Shown here: positions 22,736 through 37,190 of the stretch, piece after piece
Layout of the letters: every line of letters begins with the position of its first letter
Numbering within the stretch: position 1 is the stretch's first letter
Assembly (NCBI GenBank): GCA_964016885.1
Contig: OZ024740.1
Span: 225,308,001-225,372,000, forward strand
DNA: 64,000 nucleotides
Direction: 5' to 3'
Source of the DNA: Eledone cirrhosa
Lineage: Eukaryota
The notes under the pieces: model-generated
What the model saw: only the letters and a program-made list of their open reading frames with translations
Databases searched by the model: none
Told to the model about the DNA's origin: nothing
Position numbers and translations under genes: made by a program

Positions 22736-24812
22736 TCATCATCACCATCATCATTTTACATACGCTTTTCCCTGCTTGCAAGGGTGGGACGGGTCTTATT
22801 CAGCACAGCATCTCTCCACTTGTCATGATCCTTCGTCATCTCCACCATGAGCTTCAGCGATCTGATGTCTGTTTTCACCACCTCCGCCCATGTCTTCCTT
22901 TAACTGGCATTTCCTGGCACTTCTTCACCCATCGGTCATCCTCCATGTGCATCACATGTCCATACCACCGCACTCTCCTCTCTCGCACACTACATTCTAT
23001 CCCTCTCAGACACAGTTTCTCTCTCAACACATCCATGCTGGGTCGTTCACGCACGTTGACATTGCACATCCAACGGAGCATGCTTGCCTCATTTCTCTCC
23101 AGCCGTTGCATATCCTCTGCAGTTGCTGCCCAAGTCTCATTACCATGCAGCATCACGCTTCTCACACAGGCATAATATAACTGGCCTTTCATAATCAGGG
23201 AGAAACTCTTCTTCAACAGCAGAGGAAGCAGCTCCCTAAACTTCTTCCAACCCGTCCTTATTCTAGATACTATGGCCTCGAAACCCCCCCTCCCATGCTA
23301 ATCTGATCTCCTAGGTACCGGAAGCTATCCACCACTTCTATAACACCTGCATGCATTTGAAAAATGTGTCTATCAATGCGACTTCTATTGTCTAATTTCC
23401 CTGTACATCTACTGCATACGTAGTTCCTTTTCTGCATATCGAACATGGCCATTTCCTTGACGGAATCACAGTTTTGTCCTCTTTTCTACTCATCAACACT
23501 TTTGTCTTAGCTAGGTTCACTCTCAGTCCTCTTGCTTCCAACTGCTGTTTCCATAGCCAGAATTTATTCTCTAGCTCCTCTACTGATTCTGCTATAAGAA
23601 CCAGATCATCAGCATAGAGAATTTCCCATGGACAGCCAGTCTTAAACTCCTCTGTTATAGCTTGGAGGACTATAATGAACAAGAACGGGCTGAGGACCGA
23701 ACCTAGATGTACTCCTACTTGTATCTGGAATACCTCACTAAACTCGATTCCTACCCTGACTTTACTGATAGCAGCTCTGTACAAAGTTTGCACTGTCCTC
23801 ACAAGCCATTCCACAACACCTAGTTTCCTTAGGGACCACCAGATGACAGATCAGGGTAGCCTATCAAAGGCCTTCTCTAGGTCATCAAAGGCATTCTCTA
23901 GGTCAACAAAGGCTAAGTATAGTGGTTTATTCTTCTCTAAGAACCTCTCTTGTAATTGTCTCACCAAGAAGAGGGCATCTGTTGTACTTTTCCCAGGCAC
24001 AAAACCAAACTGCATCTCATCTAGTTTGACCCTTTCTCTAATTAGTTGCACTAATATCCTTCTGCCACTTTCATAACCTGATCCATCAGTTTTATACCCC
24101 TATAATTGCTCCTCCCCAGAGCATCCTCTTTACCTTTGTAGCAATTTATGAGAATACTGCTGCACCAGTCTTTGGGTATGACACCACCATATATAGCCTG
24201 ATTGATGATGCGTGCAACCAGTTTAGTGCCTACATCCCTTGATGCCTTCAGCATCTCAGCAACTATCTCCGACGGTCCAACAGACCTTACCATTTTTCAT
24301 TTCCTTAATCGCCTCTTGGACCCTATATTCGTCAATCTCAATAGCTGGTCCCTCTGTTGGGTCTACTGGGGGTAATTTCTCTCTGTCCCATTCATTCTCC
24401 ACATTCATCAGTCTCTCATAGCGACTTTTCCAGGCCTACTTTTTTCTGATCATTCATGACACTAAGTACACCGGCATCATTCCGGAGACATTTATCTCCA
24501 ATAACATCCTGATTTGTATTGACACACTGCCTTGCAATGCAGAACACTGCACGCCTCTGATCTTCCCATCGCAGAACATTGGCAAACCTCCTACTCTCAG
24601 CCTCCCTGCGTGCTAAGTACACTTGACGTCTAGCTTCTCTCTTAGCAGCTGTATATCCTTCTCTACTCCTACCCTTTTTCCAAGCCTTCCATGCTAGTCT
24701 TTTGTCTCTAATGGCCCTATCTACCGTGCTGTTCCACCACCAGGTACTCTCTGTCTGGTTGGAGCTCTGCTCCAGCCACAAGTTTCATCAGTAGCCTGCA
24801 GTAAATTGTCAT
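22736..24812 (-). mobile_element. Degenerate RTE LINE fragment
   Basis: Successive minus ORFs (TWWWN, NYRGIKLMDQ, QFGFVPGKST, LYADDL, RWYGHV) colinear with the intact RTE; (CAT)n tail at 22736. Confidence 0.92.
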
Positions 24813-24964
24813 TTATATATACACATACATATATATTTGGGTGTTCACAAAGTAATTACATTTTATCAGAAAGTTTACAAAAACAAATGGCCAAATGCTA
24901 AAACACTTGCTTGCTGGGAGGGGGATCTTCTTTGAAAACCTTTTGCTGTCCAGCTCTCCTATCA

Positions 24965-26290
24965 AAATAATATTCACATTCATTTTTTATGACGACTGCT
25001 CAACAAGACAGCAGATTTTCAATTCTATGTCTAAAGAAATGTTGGTTTTTCCCCTCAAATCATTTTGAAAGACTGTTTCCAATTTCTTGTTTGTTTCTGA
25101 ATGTCATTCCACTTATGATAGGTCCTTGTGATTGAAACAAATGAATATCTAGAGCTGTAATACCTGGTGAATATGGAGGATGTGGAAGAGAATCCCATCC
25201 GAATGAAACTATACTTCCTTGGGTTTATTTTGCAGAATGTGTCCTTCCATTATCATGCTGGAGAATAACATGCTCTTTGTTTCTTGATGCAGGATGCTTT
25301 CGACATAATGCTTCATTTACTTGATCAAATTGCTGGAAATAAACTTCCTCTATGCTTTCTATTCCTTCCCTCTTTCAATGAAGCATAAGTTTTTTGTCTC
25401 CTCCTGCATGTCATTAATTTCTCAGTTATATTTCTCTTTCTATCACTTCACAAACACTTCCCACTTCTTACACTCCATTCCATCCCTATATTTCTTCCTC
25501 GTCTTTAAATGTGTAATCTTGCTATAATTATTTTATTTATTTAGTTCATAGTTTATTACCTCAACATGTAATATTTACAAAAGTTGACCAAAATCTTTAC
25601 AATAAGAACATGCACATGTGATGGTTCTTCTATGCTCTATCAACTCTTAATGGGCAACACCTTTCATATTCCACCAGAGATAAAACAAGAACTTCTGTAG
25701 TCCTGATTTTGATGTTGGTGCTGGCCTCTCGTCTTGTGATAATAACTGTCCTTTTCTTTCTCTCTGTTGACATGCAGTACCCATTTTGCATCACCTGTAA
25801 AATTGTGATGCAAAAATGAACAATTGGTATTCCTGTTTAAATGACTGCTACAGATGTTGCATTGTTGTTTTCAGTTTTTAAGTGAAAACTCATTAGAAAC
25901 ACCAATTCCCTCAATGCACATTTTCCAATTTGCTTGAGACGTCTGTGGATAGTTGATTATCACATTAAATTTTTACACCAAATCTCTGGTGCTTTTGCAA
26001 GGATCCAATTCAATTGCCTTTCTCAAAACGTCTTTCAGACTGGGTGACTGAGTTGTTTTCCAAAGTGAGACTTGTCAGATATGCCACATTCACTATTTTT
26101 AATCCTTTGAAACCATAGTTGACATGTGTGTGCCTTCACTGTATCCTTAAACACTGAACAAATATTTTTAAATGTCTCTGTAACTTAACTATCTTTTCAG
26201 CATTAATACAATAAGCAATGGTGAATATGTTGCTTTTTAAAGTTATTATCCACCATAGGGTTAAAGTCTGAAATACACTACAAATGACAT
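24965..26290 (-). mobile_element. Mariner-type DNA transposon relic
   Basis: Minus translation near 25140-25270 gives LQHDNGRTHSAK*...GWDSLPHPPYSPGITALDIHLF, matching the mariner HDNARPH and HPPYSPDL motifs; boundaries approximate. Confidence 0.7.
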
Positions 26291-26416
26291 GCTGTCACAT
26301 AGAAGAGATGGTAAACTAATTCTAGACACAGTTTCCTATGATTCAACCTGGCTTCTACTTTGGCTGCTTGATTCATAATTCATAGGAGTGAAAAACACAA
26401 TTATATTCCAAACACC

Positions 26417-26446
<30 letters not shown>

Positions 26447-26448
<2 letters not shown>

Positions 26449-29400
26449 CGATATTAAATAAATGGAAACTATATTTATAAAACCATATTTATTTCATTAT
26501 ATATATTTCAGGGATATCATATTAACAATATGTTATGCCTTCCTCAGACAAAATACAATATAGACAGTTTTATAGATAAATAGATTTGACATACCGTTCA
26601 ACATCGACTTGTATTTGAAAAAGTTGATTTGGCAGTGAAAAATTGTAAACAGAAAGAAAGAAAGAGAGAAAGAAGGAAAAAGAAAGAAAACGAAGAAAAA
26701 GAAGAAAAAGAAGAAATGCATGCAACAAAATAGAGAGATGGAAAGATAGATAAAGAGAAGAACTTCATGTAAAGAAACAGAGAGAGATATATATAGAGAG
26801 AGGAAATAGATAGAGATAGATATATAGAGAGAAAAGTAGGTAGTTGGACATCCGTTGAATGAACGTATCAATGATACATTTATTTATTTATTTATTTATT
26901 TATTTAGCTCTAGTATTAATGTAAGGGAGATATATGTGGTTAGGAAAGAAACCAGCCGTTATATAGAGAGAAAAATGAGAAGTAACCAGACATAGGCGAG
27001 GCAGAATTTAAACCCTATGTTTTAATGTAGAAATATTAGTTCGTATAAAAACCAGGCACTATAATGTAAATATCAGTATTCCTGAATGAGACACGTATCC
27101 ATAATGTGTGAAAAGTAATGATCTTATGTCTAGTTTTAAAAATTCATATGTTTATATGATAACTACAAACATCGATGTGAATTTACGTGATCAACTCTGC
27201 AAACCCCTATTTCACAGGAGAACATTCTCATTGTGCTATAAAAATTTAAGTATACATATATGTGTATATATACACATATATATAGAGTCTATATTAATTT
27301 TAACAATACTATTCTTGTCTTTACTCTACATGATTATCTATCAAGCAGAAATAGAGAACAGATTTCAATATATCAATAAAAAATATCAGAAACAAAAACA
27401 AAAAATAATAATAATAATAATAATAAACAAATAAATAAAATAGAAAACTAAAAAATATTACATATTAAAAATAAAAATATTAAAAATATTAAAAATATTA
27501 AAAAATATTATTAAAAAAATATTAAAATAATAAAAATAAAAATAAAAACATAATAGAAACATAATATGCCACGCAAATCGACCACAAAGATCAACCCTTC
27601 AAAATTAATTGACAATATATTGCCAAGTTCATTATAAGCATCAGAGTCGAAAACAGATAAAGCTAAAAATGATTTACCAAATCGCGTCTAACAGAAATCA
27701 TTTCAAAAAAGTTTAGGATGCCCATTTGGTCTACATATGTTCTTATATTTAATATAGAAGTTTATCTAGTGTAACGTTTATTCGAAATATTTGGAGCATC
27801 AACTTTTAGGGTAGTTTAATTTTTCATGAAGAATGTTTAAATAAAAATAAAAATAAAAAGAAGAATAAAAAGAAGAAATCGAAAGATTTATCGGCTAGTT
27901 TCCCAAATAATTATAAATCAAACTAAATATACTACATTTTAAATTTAAATTTATATTTAAAAGTTGAGTTCAATCTATGTTTGCAACAACTGAATAAATT
28001 TGTCCGTAGATTAAGGGAATTTTTAGATTTTAGTATAAAGAATATCTCCTCCGCGCAGAGGTCACATGTCTCAGAGGATGAATTAAAAGGAATCCCTCTT
28101 GAGACTATATTCCAAGCCGTCGAATATCTAACGTTATCTTGCCTAAGTTGCCAGAGTACGCCTGATAGTGCTGTTGAAGATTTTTTGCTTGGATCTGTGA
28201 AAGAATTCTTGTGGTTATTATAGCGAAGTTTAAATTCCGTCGATGTGGAACCGACATAGTTAAAAGAATTAGAGTCCGTTTTAACATTACAGTTGTATAT
28301 TATATTTTTAACTAAGCAGTTGTTATTTAACGGACATTTAGATCTATCTCTACAGTTACATTTGTTAACTTGTATATTATTTATGCTATTATCGCTAGGT
28401 TTTAAGTTCCTATTATTTATTCTATTAATATTTTGTGCTAAATTTTTGGTGGATGAGTAGGTTAATTTTATAGTATGTCTATTGAAAATTGAGTGATACC
28501 TATGTGTTCTAGGGAAGCGATTATCAAGAGCTTTAAAAAATAGTTTAGCGATGTGGGTTTTAATGTTTAGTGAGAAAGGGGGGGGGGGGGGGCAAACCAT
28601 ATTATGTTCCTAGTTCTATTTCTTTTTTGGCTTTTGGAATTATTGTAATGCTTTCTATTATAGTTGTTAATGTTGTGGCCGTAATTAAAATAGTTGTTAT
28701 TTTGTTTAGTTTGTCTATCATTATCTATGTACATAATCTTATCACTATATCCTGCTCTAGCTAACGCTTCATTGTAGTACTGGGCTTTTTCGTCGAAAAT
28801 CTTTCTATTAGACGAGATTCTAGAGATACGTTTTTGAACAGAGTTTACTATAGTGTTTTTGACAGATCTGGGTTGGTTAGAGTTAAAGCTGACATAGTTT
28901 AAGTTTTCATTCAACTTGTGAAAAGGATAGTGAAGACATGTGTTGAGATTTAATGTTATATCTAGGAAATTGACTATTCTATGGTTGTTCTCAATTTCTA
29001 TTTTTAGATTAAAGTAATTAAAAAATTGTGTAATTTGTTTTCTTTTTCTATTTAGTTCAGAGTTATTATTATCAATAAGTAAAAGCATGTCATCTCTATA
29101 TAAACCTCCGGTAGTACCAGGTATTTTCCTATGTAGCGAATTGATTAAAAATAAGCCCACAAGGTCAGTTACCTGAGCTGAGTCGGATGATCCCATAGTA
29201 ATGTCAAAATTGCTATCTCTATCTGCTCTGGTCCATAGTTGGTCATTAAATTCTATCAATGTTTTCCTAGCCGATAATATAATGTGCATTTCATTGCTAG
29301 TTAGGTCTGTATGTTTGAATGCGTAATTTAGTGCCTTATTTAGTAGATTAGGGGTAATAGAAGAATAATAGTTAGCAATATCAAGTTGAATAAACTTATT

Positions 29401-29530
29401 ATTATTGTTTTATTTAATTTGCTTAAACCACTCAACAACCTCTCCAGTTCCCTTCCACAAGCTCAGGTTAGGTAAACAATCCAAGTTTTTAATTTGCTGT
29501 ATCACCCTGTCAAGAATGTTTTTGCTTAAT
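26447..29530 (-). mobile_element. Inverted 5'-truncated copy of the Hydra-like Penelope element
   Basis: Near-identical reverse complement of 30232-33311; ORFs 28567-29289 and 27932-28600. Confidence 0.95.
26492..26553 (-). ncRNA. Hammerhead ribozyme in PLE tail
   Basis: Reverse complement of 33205-33266. Confidence 0.75.
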
Positions 29531-29608
29531 CTTGTATCACCCTGTCAAGAATGTTTTTGCTTTATCTTGCTCCAATACTGTTGAGCGCTTTATATTATAA
29601 CTGAAAAA

Positions 29609-31826
29609 ATGGAATTCTTTAAGATTACTTCCTCTTTAAAAGACATACCTCTACCTAGAAACAAAGACTTTATAAAACAATTAATAGATAAATCTGACTC
29701 TTTTATAAGGAGAATCAGGTGGCGAGCATTCCACTTTGATAAATCTAATATAAATGAAAATGTCTCGGACTTAAACAAAGTTTTCAAATCTAAAAGAAAT
29801 CCACCCCCTAACAAACTTTTATCTGACTTTGAAAACGATATAATTTCTATCATACAAGGGGTCAAATTCAAGAGAAACTTCAAAGGCCAGGAATATCTGA
29901 AAGGCATTAAGGATAATATTGAGAGCTTAGAGAAAACTGAGAAGATCTTGGTGAAATCTGACAAGACCAACAACCTCTATGGAGTGCAGAAAGACATGTA
30001 TAATGGCCTCATACTGAAGGAACTGAGGAAAAAGTACAAGGTAGCAGATAAGGCCGAGCTCGAGAAAATGAATGTCGAAGCATCTTGTATAATGCACGAG
30101 TTGGAAATTGAGAACAGAACACAACCTTTCGTGCCCAGGAAACCGAAGATCAATATGAAAGATCACAAAAGGAATTTTGAAAATGACTTGCCAGTTAGAT
30201 TGATCGCACCATCAAAATCTTACCTGGGCAAATTAAGCAAAAACATTCTTGGCAGGGTGATACAGCAAATTAAAAACTTGGATTGTTTACCTAACCTGAG
30301 CTTGTGGAAGGGAACTGGAGAGGTTGTTGAGTGGTTTAAGCAAATTAAATATAACAATAATAATAAGTTTATTCAACTTGATATTGCTAACTATTATTCT
30401 TCTATTACCCCTAATCTACTAAATAAGGCACTAAATTACGCATTCAAACATACAGACCTAACTAGCAATGAAATGCACATTATATTATCGGCTAGGAAAA
30501 CATTGATAGAATTTAATGACCAACTATGGACCAGAGCAGATAGAGATAGCAATTTTGACATTACTATGGGATCATCCGACTCAGCTCAGGTAACTGACCT
30601 TGTGGGCTTATTTTTAATCAATTCGCTACATAGGAAAATACCTGGTACTACCGGAGGTTTATATAGAGATGACATGCTTTTACTTATTGATAATAATAAC
30701 TCTGAACTAAATAGAAAAAGAAAACAAATTACACAATTTTTTAATTACTTTAATCTAAAAATAGAAATTGAGAACAACCATAGAATAGTCAATTTCCTAG
30801 ATATAACATTAAATCTCAACACATGTCTTCACTATCCTTTTCACAAGTTGAATGAAAACTTAAACTATGTCAGCTTTAACTCTAACCAACCCAGATCTGT
30901 CAAAAACACTATAGTAAACTCTGTTCAAAAACGTATCTCTAGAATCTCGTCTAATAGAAAGATTTTCGACGAAAAAGCCCAGTACTACAATGAAGCGTTA
31001 GCTAGAGCAGGATATAGTGATAAGATTATGTACATAGATAATGATAGACAAACTAAACAAAATAACAACTATTTTAATTACGGCCACAACATTAACAACT
31101 ATAATAGAAAGCATTACAATAATTCCAAAAGCCAAAAAAGAAATAGAACTAGGAACATAATATGGTTTGCCCCCCCCCCCTTTCTCACTAAACATTAAAA
31201 CCCACATCGCTAAACTATTTTTTAAAGCTCTTGATAATCGCTTCCCTAGAACACATAGGTATCACTCAATTTTCAATAGACATACTATAAAATTAACCTA
31301 CTCATCCACCAAAAATTTAGCACAAAATATTAATAGAATAAATAATAGGAACTTAAAACCTAGCGATAATAGCATAAATAATATACAAGTTAACAAATGT
31401 AACTGTAGAGATAGATCTAAATGTCCGTTAAATAACAACTGCTTAGTTAAAAATATAATATACAACTGTAATGTTAAAACGGACTCTAATTCTTTTAACT
31501 ATGTCGGTTCCACATCGACGGAATTTAAACTTCGCTATAATAACCACAAGAATTCTTTCACAGATCCAAGCAAAAAATCTTCAACAGCACTATCAGGCGT
31601 ACTCTGGCAACTTAGGCAAGATAACGTTAGATATTCGACGGCTTGGAATATAGTCTCAAGAGGGATTCCTTTTAATTCATCCTCTGAGACATGTGACCTC
31701 TGCGCGGAGGAGATATTCTTTATACTAAAATCTAAAAATTCCCTTAATCTACGGACAAATTTATTCAGTTGTTGCAAACATAGATTGAACTCAACTTTTA
31801 AATATAAATTTAAATTTAAAATGTAG
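29609..31826 (+). CDS. PLE reverse transcriptase plus GIY-YIG endonuclease, interrupted by one frameshift in a poly-C run at 31170-31180
   Basis: Motifs KSDKT, QLDIANYYSSI, ITMGS, GLYRDD, VNFLDITL, WFAPP|FS, CNCRDRSKCPLNNNC, IIY...YVG, CDLC and CKHR; ORF track 29609-31198 and 31167-31826. Confidence 0.9.
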
Positions 31827-33204
31827 TATATTTAGTTTGATTTATAATTATTTGGGAAACTAGCCGATAAATCTTTCGATTTCTTCTTTTTATTCTTCTT
31901 TTTATTTTTATTTTTATTTAAACATTCTTCATGAAAAATTAAACTACCCTAAAAGTTGATGCTCCAAATATTTCGAATAAACGTTACACTAGATAAACTT
32001 CTATATTAAATATAAGAACATATGTAGACCAAATGGGCATCCTAAACTTTTTTGAAATGATTTCTGCTAGACGCGATTTGGTAAATCATTTTTAGCTTTA
32101 TCTGTTTTCGACTCTGATGCTTATAATAAACTTGGCAATATATTGTCAATTAATTTTGAAGGGTTGATCTTTGTGGTCGATTTGCGTGGCATATTATGTT
32201 TCTATTATGTTTTTATTTTTATTTTTATTATTTTAATATTTTTTTAATAATATTTTTTAATATTTTTAATATTTTTAATATTTTTATTTTTAATATGTAA
32301 TATTTTTTAGTTTTCTATTTTATTTATTTGTTTATTATTATTATTATTATTATTTTTTGTTTTTGTTTCTGATATTTTTTATTGATATATTGAAATCTGT
32401 TCTCTATTTCTGCTTGATAGATAATCATGTAGAGTAAAGACAAGAATAGTATTGTTAAAATTAATATAGACTCTATATATATGTGTATATATACACATAT
32501 ATGTATACTTAAATTTTTATAGCACAATGAGAATGTTCTCCTGTGAAATAGGGGTTTGCAGAGTTGATCACGTAAATTCACATCGATGTTTGTAGTTATC
32601 ATATAAACATATGAATTTTTAAAACTAGACATAAGATCATTACTTTTCACACATTATGGATACGTGTCTCATTCAGGAATACTGATATTTACATTATAGT
32701 GCCTGGTTTTTATACGAACTAATATTTCTACATTAAAACATAGGGTTTAAATTCTGCCTCGCCTATGTCTGGTTACTTCTCATTTTTCTCTCTATATAAC
32801 GGCTGGTTTCTTTCCTAACCACATATATCTCCCTTACATTAATACTAGAGCTAAATAAATAAATAAATAAATAAATAAATGTATCATTGATACGTTCATT
32901 CAACGGATGTCCAACTACCTACTTTTCTCTCTATATATCTATCTCTATCTATTTCCTCTCTCTATATATATCTCTCTCTGTTTCTTTACATGAAGTTCTT
33001 CTCTTTATCTATCTTTCCATCTCTCTATTTTGTTGCATGCATTTCTTCTTTTTCTTCTTTTTCTTCGTTTTCTTTCTTTTTCCTTCTTTCTCTCTTTTTT
33101 TCTTTCTGTTTACAATTTTTCACTGCCAAATCAACTTTTTCAAATACAAGTCGATGTTGAACGGTATGTCAAATCTATTTATCTATAAAACTGTCTATAT
33201 TGTA

Positions 33205-33266
33205 TTTTGTCTGAGGAAGGCATAACATATTGTTAATATGATATCCCTGAAATATATATAATGAAA
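33205..33266 (+). ncRNA. Hammerhead ribozyme in PLE tail
   Basis: TTTTGT-CTGAGGA-AGG...CCT-GAAA-TATATA-TA-ATGAAA; palindromic stem III. Confidence 0.75.
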
Positions 33267-33395
33267 TAAATATGGTTTTATAAATATAGTTTCCATTTAT
33301 TTAATATCGTAAATATACTCCAAATACTTGTTGAGTGCTTTTATATCAGTTATAAATATTTACTAGTTGTAACCCAACAATTTAAATATAACTTT

Positions 33396-33663
<268 letters not shown>

Positions 33664-33941
33664 CTGATTTAATTATTTTTGGCTATCTTTTCACTGATAT
33701 ATCCAGTACATTAAAGACAAATAACTTTTTTATTTTTCTCTGTTATATATATATATAACTTCATGATGCCAGAAATCTCCATTTTAGAGGGGTGCAATTG
33801 TGTAAAATCAGTCTTCATCTTTATAAATTTATATATATGTACTCTTGGGTTTCAAATAATCATCGTCCCCCACCCCATGCTTACTAATTTTTCAGTCAAA
33901 GGAATGGTGAGAATAATGTTAATTGATAGAGTCTCTGAGTC

Positions 33942-34263
33942 AGAGATTTGAGAGTCACTCCAGATGGAGTCACTGCTTCTCTGAATTGAGAGATCACAGC
34001 TCCAATAATACAGACTTGTGGTTGGAGTTTCTCAGGAAGGAATTGCTGGCTGAATATAACTATACATATATATATATAGTTATCCAACCAACTCCCTCGG
34101 AGTCCATCACTAGTTACTAGGTCCCCTTCCAGTTGGTTTTTACCTCTAAAATTCGGCCAGCAATTCCTTCCTAAGAGACTCAACCACAAGTCTGTATTAT
34201 TGGAGCTGTGATCTCTCAATTCAGAGAAGCAGTGACTCCATCTGGAGTGACTCTCAAATCTCT
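33942..34263. repeat. Inverted duplication of an RTE-like 3' coding fragment
   Basis: 33942-34055 is the reverse complement of 34150-34263; resembles the RTE-like relic at 42760-43060. Confidence 0.7.
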
Positions 34264-34373
34264 ATATATAGTTATCCACACCATTTCTATTTATATATAT
34301 ATATATATATATATGTATGTAAAAGGTAAACAGAAATAACAACACAATCGGTACAGTATATGGAAGGAATATA

Positions 34374-35345
34374 TTAGGTAAACGCTTGTATAGGGTCAGA
34401 AGAGAGGGGGCAGAAGGAATGGAGGATATGTTGTTGGAGTGGTAGAGTGATGGGGAGGTAGGTAAGAGGGAAAGGAACGCAGGTGTTGGGACGGTGCTGA
34501 TGAGGAGAGAGAGCTGTGGTATGGTCAGTTTCATGGGTGTGGGTGAGAGCAGCTTGGATTAGGGCAGGGGGATATCTATGCTGGATGAAGCGGGAAGCCA
34601 TGTGAAGGGAATGGGTTTTGAAATCGTCATTCTGGCTACAGAGCCGACGAAGACGGAGGAATTGGGAATAGGGTATGGAGTGTTTGGTGTGGGTTGGATG
34701 GGAGGAGGTGAAGTTGAGGTAAGAGTGGGAGTCTGTTGGTTTCCAGACGATGGAAGTAGAGAGGGTGTGGTGAGAATGATTGATAGATAGAGAGATATCT
34801 AGAAAAGGGACAGATGAATCAAAGATGAAGGTGGTGAAGGTGAGAGCAGGATGGAAAGATAGGACAAAAAATAGAAAGTATTCGAACTGTTCTCATGATA
34901 GAGAGGTAGCACTGATACAGTCGTTGATATAACGCCCATATAGCTCAGGAGTAGGTCCAGCGGGCTGGGAGAAGATCTGGGCTTCGATGTAGCCAACAAA
35001 CAAGTTGGCATAGTTTGGTTCCATTATGGTTCCCATCGCTACCCCTGAGACCTGCTGATAGAATTCACCCGAAAAGGAAAAGCCACTGAGGGTCAGAAAA
35101 AGCTCAGCCAGATGGAGAAGATTGGTAGTGCTGGGGTAAGGGGTAGGGTGCAAGTCTAAAAAATGTTGGAGAATATGGAGGCTGTCATCATGAGGGATGA
35201 CGGTACAGAGAGAGGTGATGTCTAGGGTAAAGAGAAGGTGAGAGGGGCCAAAAGGGAAGGAGAAGGAGTTGAAGTGTCTAAGGGCATGATTGCTATCGTG
35301 GATGTAGGAGGGGAGATTGACGACTAACGGGGGTGAGGATGGTGT
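34374..35345 (-). mobile_element. Penelope-like RT relic of a different (Neptune/Poseidon-like) clade
   Basis: FSFSGEFYQQVSGVAMGT.M.PNYANLFVG, RYIND and SIPYSQFLRLRRLCS motifs in disrupted frames. Confidence 0.85.
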
Positions 35346-35512
35346 CTAAATATTCGGAAGTAATCTCGGGGGTGGGTGGGGGGCTGTTGGATGTGGAAAT
35401 GATAGGATGGCTGGGATTATTTTGTTTGTGTATTTTGGGGAAGAAGTAGATGATATATATATATAAATAGAAATTATGTGGAAGCTGAAGGACTTCTCAG
35501 TTAAATATAGTT

Positions 35513-35720
35513 TCAGCTGTAGAAATGAGATGACTGGGGTCCCTATCATTCCACTGCAAAGTGGACGTGTAGGCGCCACAGAAAAAAAGCACCCAGCACT
35601 CACTGTAAATGAGGTTGGTGTTAGGAAGGGCATCCAGCTGTAGAAATCAAGCCAGTATCAGTTCCTGTCCCACCCTTGCAAGCAGAGAAAAAGCGGACGT
35701 AAAATGAAATGAAAATGAAA
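35513..35720 (+). mobile_element. 5'-truncated SINE with RTE-derived tail
   Basis: Matches the reverse complement of 39941-40160 and shares GGTTGGTGTTAGGAAGGGCATCCAGCTGTAGAAA with the RTE 3' UTR. Confidence 0.75.
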
Positions 35721-35769
35721 AGGACCTACAGGATGCACTTAATGAGAGAGATGATGAGCTATATATATA

Positions 35770-37190
35770 TAATGTAGAGGAAAACTGGAAATTTTTATGC
35801 AACAACCTTTTGCGAATGACTGGCAACACTTGTGGCTGAAGTAAAGTGAGTGACATGGTGTCACTCACTTGACAGAGAGTGACATGGAGGTGAAACAGCA
35901 CACCAGAGGCAGTCATTAAAGCCAATAGACAGGCATGGAAAGACTGGAAAAATTGGGGTAGCTGAGACCAGTACTAAGTAGCTAGGAAAGAAGCAAGGCA
36001 ACTTGTATACACAGCTTGGAGAGAGGATGAAGAAAGTAAATTAGCCAATGTCTTGAGACATGAGAATCAGTCATGTGAAGTATTCCTTATTGCAAGGCAG
36101 TGTGTTAGCGTGAATTGAGATGTTTTTGGGGGGAAATGTGTTTAAAATAACGCTGATTCACTTAGTTCTACTGATGCCCAAAAGAAAGAGGCCTGGAAAT
36201 GTTACTATGAAAGATTGATGAATGAAGAGAATGAATCGGAGGAAGGGAAACTACCCCCAGCTTATGCATAGGAAAGACCAACTATTGAAGTTGATAGTTT
36301 TAGGGTCAAAGACACAATCAAGGAGATAAAGAATGCTAAAGCTGCTGGACCATTAGAAATAGTTGCTGAGATGCTAAAAGCATCGGATGAGGTAGGAGTC
36401 AAACTAGTAACCTGTATTGTAAATGAAGTAATACATGACAGAGTAATAGGCAATGCCTGGTGCAGCAGTACAATCATAAATTGCTACAAGGGAAAACGTG
36501 ATGCTCTAGAGGAAAAACTAAAGAGGAATGAAACTAATGAACCAAGTTATGAAAGTGACCGAAAGAGTTATAGTGCAGCTAATTAGGGAAAGAGTCAAAA
36601 TAGATGAGATATAGTTTGGTTTCATGCCTGGGAAATGTAGTTGCCTCTTAATGAGGTTAGTTTTCTCACTAAGAAGTTCATAGCCAAAAAGAAGCCACTA
36701 TAGTTAGCTTTTGTTGATTCTGAGAAGGAATTTGACAGAGTACCTCGATCTATTATCAGGTGTTTTTTTAAGGAAGATAGGTGTAAAAAATGGCATGTGA
36801 GAGCAGTGCAAGCTATGTAAAGAAGAACTGTCAATAAAGTGAGAATAGGAATCGAGTTTAGTGAATAATTCAAGGTAGAGGTAGGAGTTTATCAAAATTC
36901 AGTTCTTAACCCATTGCTGTTCATCATATTTATTTAGGCCATAACAGAGGACTTTCAAATGGGATGCTCAAGGGAACTTCTCTCTGCAGATAATGTGGTC
37001 TTCATAGCTGACCCCCCCCCCCCCCCCCAAGAAAGTGCTAGAAAATAAATTCTGATCATGGAAACTAAATTTGTAATCAAAAGGGCTGGGGGGTAATCTT
37101 AGACAAAACGTAAATGCTAATGAGTAGGAGAGAATACAGGACCCAGATTCCCTTAGGGAAGTAAGTGGCCATGCTCAATATGCAACATAT
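35770..37190 (+). mobile_element. Degenerate RTE LINE fragment
   Basis: AEMLKAS...WCSSTIINCYKGKRDAL and other decayed RT motifs colinear with the intact RTE. Confidence 0.85.

Noticed and set aside
32324-33225. 108-aa and 112-aa ORFs in the PLE tail (mirrored at 26533-27434)
   Set aside because: Low-complexity sequence; duplicated only because of the inversion.
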